This document shows, piece by piece, positions 7,529 to 15,559 of a stretch of DNA of 15,585 nucleotides (positions are counted from its first letter, which is position 1; each line of letters opens with the position of its first letter). The DNA comes from Candidatus Velthaea sp. (GTDB lineage Bacteria; Vulcanimicrobiota; Vulcanimicrobiia; Vulcanimicrobiales; Vulcanimicrobiaceae). The stretch covers positions 1 to 15,585 of the forward strand of contig JBEKHC010000111.1 in NCBI GenBank assembly GCA_050012475.1, read 5' to 3'. The position numbers and the translations under genes are program-made. Below the pieces are notes generated by a model. It was not told the DNA's origin and ran no database searches. It saw only the letters and a program-made list of their open reading frames with translations.

Positions 7529-9022
7529 TTACGACAGAACGGCGACCGCTTCGCGCATGCTGCGCAACGCCGGATACGCGCGCGTGAAGCGCTCGTATCC
7601 CGACCGGTAGACCGAAACGAGCGCCGGATCGGGAAGGTCGGCCTGTGCCGCGAGGGCGACGACGCGCGCGGCTTCATCGACGGAGGCGAAGTTGCCGACG
7701 CCGACGCCGGCGAGCAGCGCCGCGCCGAACGCCGGACCCTCATCGACGAGCAAGCGGCGCAGCGGCCGGTCGAGCACTGCGGCGATGATCGCACGCCAGG
7801 TGGGGTTCGACATGCCGTTGCCGGTCGCGATGAGTTCGTCGGGCTCGACGCCCAAGGCGCGCATGCGTGCCAACCCCTCGTTGAGCCCGTATGCCACGCC
7901 TTCGAGCACGGCGCGCACCAAGTGCGCGCGGCCGTGCGCGAGGCTCAACCCCAAGAATGCGCCGCGCGCATCGGGATCCATGTGGGGCGTGCGTTCGCCC
8001 GACAAATACGGCAGGAATTGCAGACCCTGCGCGCCGGGTTCGATGCTGCTCGCGGCGCTGACCAACGCGTCGTACGTATCGTCGGGACGGGCGAAAGCGT
8101 CGCGCAGCCAGCGCAGGCTGCCGCCGGCGGCGAGCATCACGCCCATGAGATGGTAGCCGCCGGGGACCGCCGCGCAGAACGCATGCAGCGCCCCGGTCGG
8201 GTCGATCGCGGCGCGATCGTTGTGCACCAGCACCACGCCCGAGGTGCCGAGCGACACCAAGCCGGCGCCGCTGCGGACGACGCCGCTGCCGATCGCGGCC
8301 GCCGCGTTGTCGCCCGCGCCGGCCACAACTGGTAAGCCTTCGGGGAGGCCCGTCGCGCGCGCGCCGGCGGCCGAGACCTTTGCGGTAACGGACGGGCTCT
8401 CAGCAACGGGCGGAAACCACTGCGCGGGCAAATCGAGATCGCGCAGGATCTCGGCCGACCAATTGCGCGTGGAGAGATCGAGCAACAGCGTGCCCGAGGC
8501 GTCGGAGGCATCCGTTGCATGCGTGCCGGTAAGACGAAGGCGCAGGAAGTCTTTGGGCAGCAAGACGGCGCGGACACGCGCATACCGCTCGGGTTCGGTC
8601 TCGCGCAGCCACACGATCTTGGGCGCTTGAAACCCCGTCAAGGCGCGGTTCCCCGTGATGCGGGCAAGGCGGCTGCGGCCGACGACCGTATCGATCGCAT
8701 CGGCGGCGCGTCCCGTGCGCTGATCGTTCCACAAAATCGCCGGGCGGATCGATTCGTCGCGCTCGTCCAGGAACACCGCGCCGTGCATCTGACCGGTCAC
8801 GCCGGCGCCCGCGATCGGCGCGTCGCCGGCCGCGACGACGGCCCGAATCGCCGTGCGCGCCGCCGCCCACCAATCTTCGGGCTCTTGCTCGGTCCAGCCG
8901 GGCTGCGGCGTCAACAGCGGATACGCGGCGGTTTCGCTCGCGACCAGCGTTCCGCGTTCGTCGATGCGAACCGCGCGCGCCCCGGTCGTCCCGAGATCGA
9001 TACCGATCGTATGTCCTTGCAT
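7529..9022 (-). CDS. xylB: Xylulokinase
   Basis: SD AAGGAG. Motifs IGIDLGTTG, TGQMHG, RPAILWNDQRT, ITGN, LLPKDFLRLRLTG, SDASGT, GAGDNAAAA, SLGTSGV, FLPYLSGERTPH, RAVLEGV. Confidence 0.88.
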   Translation of the reverse strand: MQGHTIGIDLGTTGARAVRIDERGTLVASETAAYPLLTPQPGWTEQEPEDWWAAARTAIRAVVAAGDAPIAGAGVTGQMHGAVFLDERDESIRPAILWNDQRTGRAADAIDTVVGRSRLARITGNRALTGFQAPKIVWLRETEPERYARVRAVLLPKDFLRLRLTGTHATDASDASGTLLLDLSTRNWSAEILRDLDLPAQWFPPVAESPSVTAKVSAAGARATGLPEGLPVVAGAGDNAAAAIGSGVVRSGAGLVSLGTSGVVLVHNDRAAIDPTGALHAFCAAVPGGYHLMGVMLAAGGSLRWLRDAFARPDDTYDALVSAASSIEPGAQGLQFLPYLSGERTPHMDPDARGAFLGLSLAHGRAHLVRAVLEGVAYGLNEGLARMRALGVEPDELIATGNGMSNPTWRAIIAAVLDRPLRRLLVDEGPAFGAALLAGVGVGNFASVDEAARVVALAAQADLPDPALVSVYRSGYERFTRAYPALRSMREAVAVLS

Positions 9023-9089
9023 CAGGTGCTCCTTGGCCGGGTTCGTCCGTGACGCCGGCAGCGTTTTCCTATCGGCACACGCGGGCGCA

Positions 9090-10094
9090 TCAACCCGTGT
9101 ACGGCGCGATCGATGCGCGGTCGATCAAGTGCGGCTGCAAGACGATCGACCGTGCCGGACCGTGGTAGCGGTCTTCGACGCGATCGATGAGCAGCGTCGC
9201 CGCGGCGCTGCCGAGCTGGTCCGTCGGCTGGCTGATCGTCGTCAGCGGCGGGTCCAAAAACGTTGCCCAGGACGTGTCGTCGAACGCGACCAGGCTCAGA
9301 TCATGCGGGACGTTGAGCGCGCATTCGCGGGCTGCTTGCAGCGCGCCCAGCGTCATCGGGTGATTGGCCACGAACAGTCCCGTCGGACGGTCTTCGAGCG
9401 CGAACAGGGAGCGTGCTGCGGTGTGTCCGCCGCTCTGTTTGTATTCGCCGTCGCGCACGAGTTCGTCCGCGAGCGGAATGCCGCGCTCGGCGAGCCGCTG
9501 CGCGAAGCCCAAGAGCCGATCGCTGCCCGGCGTCGTGCGCGTCGCGACGATCGCGGCGATCCGCCGATGTCCGCGGTCGAGCAGCGCATCGGCGGCCAAT
9601 GCGCCGCCCGCGCGATTGTCGATCAACACGGTGTCGAGCGCGATGTCTTCGACCCGCCGGTCGAGGCAGACGATCGGGATGTCGTTGCGCAGCGCCAGCG
9701 CCAGCGACGCGCTCGTGAACGTCACCGGGACGATGATGATACCGCCGATGCGCTGGGCGATCATCGCGCGAACGTAGAAGCGCTCGCGTTCGGGATCTTC
9801 GTCGGAGTTGCAAAGAAACAAGTCGTGACCGCTGTGATACGCGACGGACTCGATCGCCCGGATGACCTCGGGAAAATACGGGTTGGCGACGTCGCTGACG
9901 ATGAGCCCGAGCGTCCCGGACTTGCGGCGCCGCAAGGCGCGCGCCCGCTGGTCGATGCTGTAGTCGAGGGCCTCGGCGGCGGCCAGCACGCGCCGCCGGG
10001 TGGCTTCGGCCACCGGTTTGCTTTGGTTGAGCACCCGCGAAACGCTCGCGACCGAGACGCCGGCGCGGGCCGCAACATCTTTGATACTAGCCAA
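9090..10094 (-). CDS. LacI-family transcriptional regulator (334 aa, probable TTG start)
   Basis: N-terminal HTH SIKDVAARAGVSVASVSRVLN, hinge ARALR, NPYF, DNRAGG, VPHDLSLVAFDD, PPLTTISQP. TTG at 10094 is the in-frame start candidate immediately before the HTH. Confidence 0.93.
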   Translation of the reverse strand: MASIKDVAARAGVSVASVSRVLNQSKPVAEATRRRVLAAAEALDYSIDQRARALRRRKSGTLGLIVSDVANPYFPEVIRAIESVAYHSGHDLFLCNSDEDPERERFYVRAMIAQRIGGIIIVPVTFTSASLALALRNDIPIVCLDRRVEDIALDTVLIDNRAGGALAADALLDRGHRRIAAIVATRTTPGSDRLLGFAQRLAERGIPLADELVRDGEYKQSGGHTAARSLFALEDRPTGLFVANHPMTLGALQAARECALNVPHDLSLVAFDDTSWATFLDPPLTTISQPTDQLGSAAATLLIDRVEDRYHGPARSIVLQPHLIDRASIAPYTG

Positions 10095-10156
10095 GCTGGT
10101 GCACCGATCTCGAGTTCGTGCGAAAGGCGCTCGGGTCGACCCTTCATCGAGCGAGG

Positions 10157-10186
10157 TTGACAGGCGCCAAGGTAAAGCATTACCCT
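10157..10186 (+). promoter_or_regulatory. Candidate sigma70-type promoter for the ABC operon
   Basis: Perfect TTGACA (10157-10162), 18-nt spacer, TACCCT (10181-10186, TAnnnT pattern), inside the AT-richer divergent intergenic region. Confidence 0.6.
10171..10184. promoter_or_regulatory. Candidate LacI-family operator
   Basis: Palindrome GGTAA-agca-TTACC overlapping the spacer and -10 box, next to a divergent lacI-family gene. Confidence 0.6.
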
Positions 10187-10312
10187 TAGTTGCACTTAGA
10201 CACGCCGATAAGAAATCTCTCTGCCCTACGAAATTTTTGGAAGAATTCTCAATCACCGGCGTGGTACAGCGCACATAGTCGCCGGCGCTTCCCGGCGCCC
10301 GAAGGACGCCGC

Positions 10313-11386
10313 GTGCGCCCCTTCTCAGCGGAGGATCCTGCCACGAGCACTTTACATCGCCCCGACAGCCTCACGCCTTCCGGTCTGCGCGCCATCGCGC
10401 GCGCCGGCATTACCCGCGGAGCCGCGCTGGCGGGCGCGGGAGCCGCGGCCGCCCTGGCGGCTACGGGCCCCTTGCCGGCCCGCGCGGCGAAAGCCGACTA
10501 CAAATTCGTCTTCGTCAATCACGTGACGACCAATCCGTTCTTCACCGCGACCCAATACGGCGCGACCGACGCGTGCTCGCTCTTGGGATGTTCGTACCGT
10601 TGGACGGGTTCGGAGACCAGCAACGTCAGCGAGATGGTGCGCGCGTTCCAAACGGCGATCAATAACAAGGCCGACGGCATTGCCGTCTGCCTGGTCGACG
10701 CCACGGCCTTCAACGGGGTCGTCGGGCAGGCGCTGGGCGCGGGAATTCCCGTCGTCGCCTACAACGCCGACTCGCCGGCCTCGAGCCACAACAAACGCCA
10801 AGCCTATATCGGCCAAGACCTCTTCCGTTCCGGCCAACTGATGGGCGAGCGGATCGCTTCGCTGGTTCCCGCCGGCGGCCACGTCGCGCTGTTCATCGCC
10901 ACGCCGGGCTCGCTGAACATTCAGCCGCGCATCGACGGTGCGGTGGATTCGCTCAAGAAATCCGGCAAGAACATCAGCTACGAACAGGTCGCCAGCGGTG
11001 CGCTCGTCACCCAAGAACGTTCGACCGTCGAGTCCTACTACAACGGGCATAAGAACGTGAGCGGGATGTTCGCCGTCGACGGCGGCAGCACCGAAGCGAT
11101 CGGCATCGTTTCCAAAAAATATGGTTTGAGCGAAAAGAAGGTCGCGACCGGCGGATACGATTTGCTGCCCGGTTCGCTCGCGGCGATCAACGCCGGCAAC
11201 CTCGACTTCACGATCGATCAGCAGCCGTATCTGCAAGGCTATTATCCGGTCTTCCAACTGTTTTTGGCGAAGACGTCGGGGACGCTCATGTCGCCCTGCG
11301 ACACGGATACCGGGTTGAAGTTCGTCACCAAGGACACCGTCAAGCCGTACCTCGCCGGAAGCAGCCGCTTCGAGGGACAGTCCTAG
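10313..11386 (+). CDS. Sugar ABC transporter substrate-binding protein (periplasmic binding protein type 1); start uncertain
   Basis: Signal peptide ending PARA; NPFF, ADGIAV, AGIPVVAYNAD, YIGQD, RIDG, GGYD, FTIDQQPYLQGY. Start is either GTG 10313 (SD AAGGA) or ACG 10343 (SD GGAGG). Confidence 0.9.
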   Translation: MRPFSAEDPATSTLHRPDSLTPSGLRAIARAGITRGAALAGAGAAAALAATGPLPARAAKADYKFVFVNHVTTNPFFTATQYGATDACSLLGCSYRWTGSETSNVSEMVRAFQTAINNKADGIAVCLVDATAFNGVVGQALGAGIPVVAYNADSPASSHNKRQAYIGQDLFRSGQLMGERIASLVPAGGHVALFIATPGSLNIQPRIDGAVDSLKKSGKNISYEQVASGALVTQERSTVESYYNGHKNVSGMFAVDGGSTEAIGIVSKKYGLSEKKVATGGYDLLPGSLAAINAGNLDFTIDQQPYLQGYYPVFQLFLAKTSGTLMSPCDTDTGLKFVTKDTVKPYLAGSSRFEGQS

Positions 11387-11494
11387 TGCCCCGACTCAGA
11401 AATCAACGCGGCGGCGTTGCTCCCTCTTCGCGCCTCGCCGCGAACGAAGATCTGGCCCGCTTTGTGTCACCCTATTTCTGAGTCGGGACACTCG
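11383..11494. mobile_element. Putative MITE (IS630-like ends), non-autonomous, ~110 bp
   Basis: Inverted repeats AGTGCCCCGACTCAGAAAT (11385-11403) and ATTTCTGAGTCGGGACACT (11474-11492), 18/19 match. Outer tetramers are CTAG and CTCG; no ORF of note inside. Confidence 0.6.
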
Positions 11495-11514
11495 AAGAAT
11501 GCACGGCCTGCGTC

Positions 11515-12552
11515 ATGAGTAACGTCACGACGGCTGCGCCGGCGCCGGCCGGCCAGCCGCCGTCGACGGCGCGGACGCCGGGCGACCGGCTCAAAGCGCT
11601 CGTGCGCTATCCCGAAACGGGGATCACCGTCGTGGCGATCGTGATTGCGATCGTCTTCGAGATCCTCAACGGCGCGTTCCTCACCTCCGAAGTGCCCGTG
11701 CTCTTGGCAAGCACCGCGCAATACGGCTTGATCGCCGTAGGCGAGGCGATGCTCATGATCACGGGCGAAATCGATCTCTCGGCCGCCAAGATCTATTCCA
11801 CGACACCGTTTTTCGCGTTCTATCTGAGCGCGGCGGGCGTCCCGTGGCCCGCCGCGATCCCGTTGGCGCTCGTCGGTGCCGCCGGCATCGGCTGGGTCAA
11901 CGGATTCATCACCGTGCGTTTGGGCGTGCCGTCGCTGATCTCGACGCTGGGCATGCTGTTTCTCCTCAACGGCGCGATCTTGACCGTCAGCCACAGCCAG
12001 CCCGCGCGCACGCCCGACAGCTTCATCAACATCTTTCTGGGCAGCGATCAACAAAATGCCGGCACGGGAATCTCGCAAATCGCCGCCTTCTTGTGGCTGG
12101 TGGCCGTTGCGCTGGCGTTCACCGTCGTGCTGCGCCGGACGCGGTTCGGGCTGCACACGATCGCCGTCGGCAGCAATTTGCTCGCGGCCCGCGAGTTGGG
12201 CATTCGCACCGAGCGGACCAAGATCTTGAATTTCGTGATCATGGCGGTGCTGGCGGGACTGGCCGGGATCATCGAGTCGTGCGCGAGCGGTTCGATCGAT
12301 CCGTCGGCCGGCGACAATACCCTCACGCTGTATGCCATCGCGGCCGCCGTCATCGGCGGCACCTCGCTCTTCGGCGGTTCGGGGACGGTCATCGGCGCGC
12401 TCATCGGTTCGTTCGTCGTGGCGTCGCTCAACGACGGCTTGCCGCTGGTCGGCGCGCAGGCCGGCTTCGCCGACGTTCCGTTAGGCATCGCCATCGTCGC
12501 CGCGATGATTCTCAACATCAAACTCACCGCGCTGCGGGCGCGCCAAGTATGA
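11515..12552 (+). CDS. Sugar ABC transporter permease (RbsC/BPD_transp_2 family)
   Basis: 345 aa, multi-TM. Motifs GEIDLS, GVPSLISTLGM, RTRFGLHTIAVGSN, AIAAAVIGGTSLFGGSG. Confidence 0.93.
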   Translation: MSNVTTAAPAPAGQPPSTARTPGDRLKALVRYPETGITVVAIVIAIVFEILNGAFLTSEVPVLLASTAQYGLIAVGEAMLMITGEIDLSAAKIYSTTPFFAFYLSAAGVPWPAAIPLALVGAAGIGWVNGFITVRLGVPSLISTLGMLFLLNGAILTVSHSQPARTPDSFINIFLGSDQQNAGTGISQIAAFLWLVAVALAFTVVLRRTRFGLHTIAVGSNLLAARELGIRTERTKILNFVIMAVLAGLAGIIESCASGSIDPSAGDNTLTLYAIAAAVIGGTSLFGGSGTVIGALIGSFVVASLNDGLPLVGAQAGFADVPLGIAIVAAMILNIKLTALRARQV

Positions 12553-13355
12553 GCGCCAGCGTGGACGTACCGCGGCTCGTCGATCCGCCCGAATTGCTGC
12601 GCGCCGAAGGCGTAACGAAAAACTACGGCCCCAGCATCGTGCTCAAGGGCCTCGATCTGCGTGTCGGCCGCGGCGAAGTGGTGGCGCTCGTCGGCGACAA
12701 CGGCGCCGGGAAGTCGACCTTCATCAAAATTCTTTCCGGCTTTCACCAGCCGACCGCGGGAACGTTGTACTGGGAAGGCCGGGAATTCACGCTCGCATCG
12801 CCGACGCAGGCCCGGGCGCGCGGGATCGAAACCGTGTACCAGGATCTCGCGCTCGTCAACGATCTCTCGGTGGCCCAGAACATGTTCTTGGGCCGCGAGC
12901 CGATCAAACGCGTGTTGGGCCTTCCGCTCACCGACGCGCGAGCGATGCGGATCAAGACGCGCGAGTTTCTCGATCAGGTCGGCATCCGGCTGGCCTCGGT
13001 CGATAGTTTGGTGCGCGATCTCTCGGGCGGGCAACGTCAGTCGATCGCCGTCGCGCGGGCGATGCAGTCGCAGCCCAAGCTGCTCATCATGGACGAACCG
13101 CTTGCGGCACTGGGCGTGCGCGAGGGCGCGCACGTCCTGCAACTGGTGCAAGAGATCCGCCGCCGGCGCGACGTTTCGATCATCTTGATCGTGCACAACT
13201 ACTCGCAGATCTTCGAGGTCTGCGACCGCATCAATTTCCTCTTCTTGGGCGAGATCGTCCTCGACGTCGCGACGTCGGAGATTACCGAAGAGGAGTTGAT
13301 TCGCATGGTCAAAGCAGGTCTGGGCGCCAAGCCGGCCGGACCGTCGCCGCGATAG
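12549..13355 (+). CDS. Sugar ABC transporter ATP-binding protein, single ABC domain (268 aa)
   Basis: ATGA overlap with the permease stop. Walker A GDNGAGKST, Q-loop VYQDLAL, signature LSGGQRQ, Walker B LLIMDEP, H-loop IVHN. Confidence 0.93.
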   Translation: MSASVDVPRLVDPPELLRAEGVTKNYGPSIVLKGLDLRVGRGEVVALVGDNGAGKSTFIKILSGFHQPTAGTLYWEGREFTLASPTQARARGIETVYQDLALVNDLSVAQNMFLGREPIKRVLGLPLTDARAMRIKTREFLDQVGIRLASVDSLVRDLSGGQRQSIAVARAMQSQPKLLIMDEPLAALGVREGAHVLQLVQEIRRRRDVSIILIVHNYSQIFEVCDRINFLFLGEIVLDVATSEITEEELIRMVKAGLGAKPAGPSPR

Positions 13356-13365
13356 GAGCAGGACG

Positions 13366-14472
13366 ATGTCGAACCAGCCGCAGACGAATTCGGCCGCCGC
13401 CGTCCAACCGGGCGCGGCGCGCGAGTTGTACGGCACCTTGGCCGACGGCAGCGCGGTCTACCGCTACACCTTCACGACGCCGCGCATCGCGATCGGCATC
13501 CTCACGTTCGGCGGCATCATCGACCGGATCGACGTTCCGGATGCGGCGGGCGAGCGCGCCAACGTGGTTTTGGGCTACGCCGATTTGGCCGGCTACGCGC
13601 GCGGAAATAAGCCGTATCTGGGCGCGCTGATCGGCCGCTATGCCAACCGGATCGCGGGCGGCCGCTTTTCGCTCGAGGGCAAAGACTACGTCGTCCCGGT
13701 GAACGATCATCCCAATACCCTGCACGGCGGCGCACGCGGTTTCGACAAAGTCGTCTGGGACGTCGAATCGGCAAGCGCCACGGCAGTGCGCCTGCGTCAC
13801 ATCAGTCCGGACGGCGAACAGGGCTATCCCGGCACGCTCGACACGCGCGTCACCTATGCGCTCGACGGTGAGGACGGGCTGCGCGTCGAGTACACCGCGA
13901 CCACTGATGCGCCGACGGTCGTCAACCTGACGAACCACAGCTACTTTAATCTTGCGGGCGAAGGTTCGGGTGACATTTTAGGTCACGTTCTGCAGTTGGA
14001 GGCGGCGCGCTACACGCCCGTCGACGCAACATTCATTCCGACTGGCGAGGTAGCGCCCGTCGACGGAACGCCGTTCGATTTTCGCTCGCCGCGAGCGATC
14101 GGCGAGCGCATCCGCGATGGTTATCCGCAAGTCGTCATCGGCCGCGGTTACGATCACAACTGGGTGCTCGACCGGGCCCCCGGCGACCCGCTTAGCCGCA
14201 TTGCAACGGCAATCGATCCGGTTTCCGGCCGGCGGCTGGACATCTTGACGGACCAACCCGGCGTCCAGTTTTACAGCGGCAATTACCTGGACGCAACGGA
14301 GGTCGGAAGTAGTGGAAAAATCTACCGCCAGTCAGCAGGCTTCGCGCTCGAAACGCAGCACTTCCCGGATGCGCCCAATCAGGCGTCGTTTCCGACGACG
14401 GTCCTCCGCCCTGGGCAGACGTTTCATTCCGTGACCGTGTTCCGTTTCAGCTCGCGTGCCGCGCACATTTGA
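13366..14472 (+). CDS. galM: Aldose 1-epimerase (mutarotase)
   Basis: SD AGGAG. Motifs GRYANRI, LHGG, GEQGYPG, NLTNHSYFNL, GTPFDF, GYDHNW, QFYSGN, ALETQHFPDAPN. Confidence 0.93.
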   Translation: MSNQPQTNSAAAVQPGAARELYGTLADGSAVYRYTFTTPRIAIGILTFGGIIDRIDVPDAAGERANVVLGYADLAGYARGNKPYLGALIGRYANRIAGGRFSLEGKDYVVPVNDHPNTLHGGARGFDKVVWDVESASATAVRLRHISPDGEQGYPGTLDTRVTYALDGEDGLRVEYTATTDAPTVVNLTNHSYFNLAGEGSGDILGHVLQLEAARYTPVDATFIPTGEVAPVDGTPFDFRSPRAIGERIRDGYPQVVIGRGYDHNWVLDRAPGDPLSRIATAIDPVSGRRLDILTDQPGVQFYSGNYLDATEVGSSGKIYRQSAGFALETQHFPDAPNQASFPTTVLRPGQTFHSVTVFRFSSRAAHI

Positions 14473-14482
14473 TGGAGCATCT

Positions 14483-15478
14483 ATGGAGTACATCGAAATA
14501 GGAGATACCGGCGTGCGCGCGTCGCGTGTCGGTTTGGGTGCATGGGCGATCGGCGGTTGGATGTGGGGCGGAACCGAAGAACGGGAAGCCATCGCCACCA
14601 TTCATTCCGCGCTCGACCGCGGCATCACGCTGGTCGACACCGCGGCGGTCTACGGCTACGGAAACTCCGAAGAGATCGTCGGCAAGGCGCTTGCGGGCGA
14701 ACGCCGCGCGAAAGCCGTTCTCGCAACGAAGGTCGGCCTCGATTGGACCGACGACGGCAAAGTCTTTCGCAACAGCGGGAAGGCGCGCATCGCAAAAGAG
14801 ATCGACGATTCGCTGCGCCGGCTGCAAACCGACTACATCGATATCTATCAAGTGCATTGGCCCGATCCGCTGACGCCGATCGAGGAGACCGCCGCCGCGA
14901 TGAAAGCGTTGCTCGACGCAGGCAAGATTCGCGCCATCGGCGTGAGCAACTATTCCGCCGCGCAGATGGAAGCGTTTCGCGTCGTCGCGCCGCTGCACAC
15001 CTCGCAGCCGCCGCTCAACCTTTTCGAGCGCGCCGCGCAGACCGAAGTCTTGCCCTACTGCGCCGAGCACGGAATCGTCGGGATGACGTACGGCGCGCTG
15101 TGCCGCGGACTGCTGAGCGGGCGCGTCACGCGCGAGCGGGCCTTCACCGGCGACGATCTGCGCGGCCGCGATCCCAAATACCAGGAGCCGCGCTTTTCGC
15201 AGTATCTGGCGGCCGTCGAAGCGCTCGACGCGCTCGCGCGCGAGCGCTACGGCAAACGGGTGATCGATCTGGCCGTGCGCTGGCTGCTCGAACAGCCGGG
15301 AGTCGGCATTGCGCTGTGGGGTGCGCGCAAACCGGCACAGCTCGACGACGTCGAAGGCGCGATGGGGTTCACGCTCGATCGCGCGACGCTCGCTGACATC
15401 GATGGAATTCTCACTGCGACCATTCACGATCCGGTTGGTCCGGAGTTCATGGCGCCCCCGGCGCGGAGCGCCGCATAA
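14483..15478 (+). CDS. Aldo/keto reductase, AKR11B/YhdN-like (331 aa)
   Basis: SD GGAG 5 nt before ATG 14483, 10 nt after the galM stop. Motifs GLGAWAIGGWMWGG, DTAAVYG, LATK, SLRRLQTDYIDIYQVHWPD, GKIRAIGVSN, GPEFMAPP. Confidence 0.92.
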   Translation: MEYIEIGDTGVRASRVGLGAWAIGGWMWGGTEEREAIATIHSALDRGITLVDTAAVYGYGNSEEIVGKALAGERRAKAVLATKVGLDWTDDGKVFRNSGKARIAKEIDDSLRRLQTDYIDIYQVHWPDPLTPIEETAAAMKALLDAGKIRAIGVSNYSAAQMEAFRVVAPLHTSQPPLNLFERAAQTEVLPYCAEHGIVGMTYGALCRGLLSGRVTRERAFTGDDLRGRDPKYQEPRFSQYLAAVEALDALARERYGKRVIDLAVRWLLEQPGVGIALWGARKPAQLDDVEGAMGFTLDRATLADIDGILTATIHDPVGPEFMAPPARSAA

Positions 15479-15480
15479 AG

Positions 15481-15536
15481 GCGCGTTCGGCCTAAGGGCC
15501 GGCCGCGCGTTCACGTCCCGGGCGATGCCCGGGACG
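15481..15536 (+). other. Tandem hairpins after the AKR stop (possible terminator or mRNA-stabilising structure)
   Basis: Imperfect stem GCGCG-tt-CGGCC/taag/GGCCG-gc-CGCGC (15481-15508), then perfect 10-bp stem CGTCCCGGGC-gat-GCCCGGGACG (15514-15536). No U-tract. Confidence 0.5.
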
Positions 15537-15559
15537 ATCCTAGTCCAAGGAGTTATCGA

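Noticed and set aside
8853..10160. 435-aa antisense ORF over lacI
   Set aside because: Arg/Ala-rich shadow ORF fully opposite a well-supported gene.
3..15478. Two AKR genes at the window ends as a duplication or element boundary
   Set aside because: They share only core AKR motifs and look like different subfamilies; no flanking repeats were seen.
12048..15514. Long minus-strand ORFs (462, 209 and 355 aa) opposite the ABC, galM and AKR genes
   Set aside because: Antisense shadows with no domain signatures.
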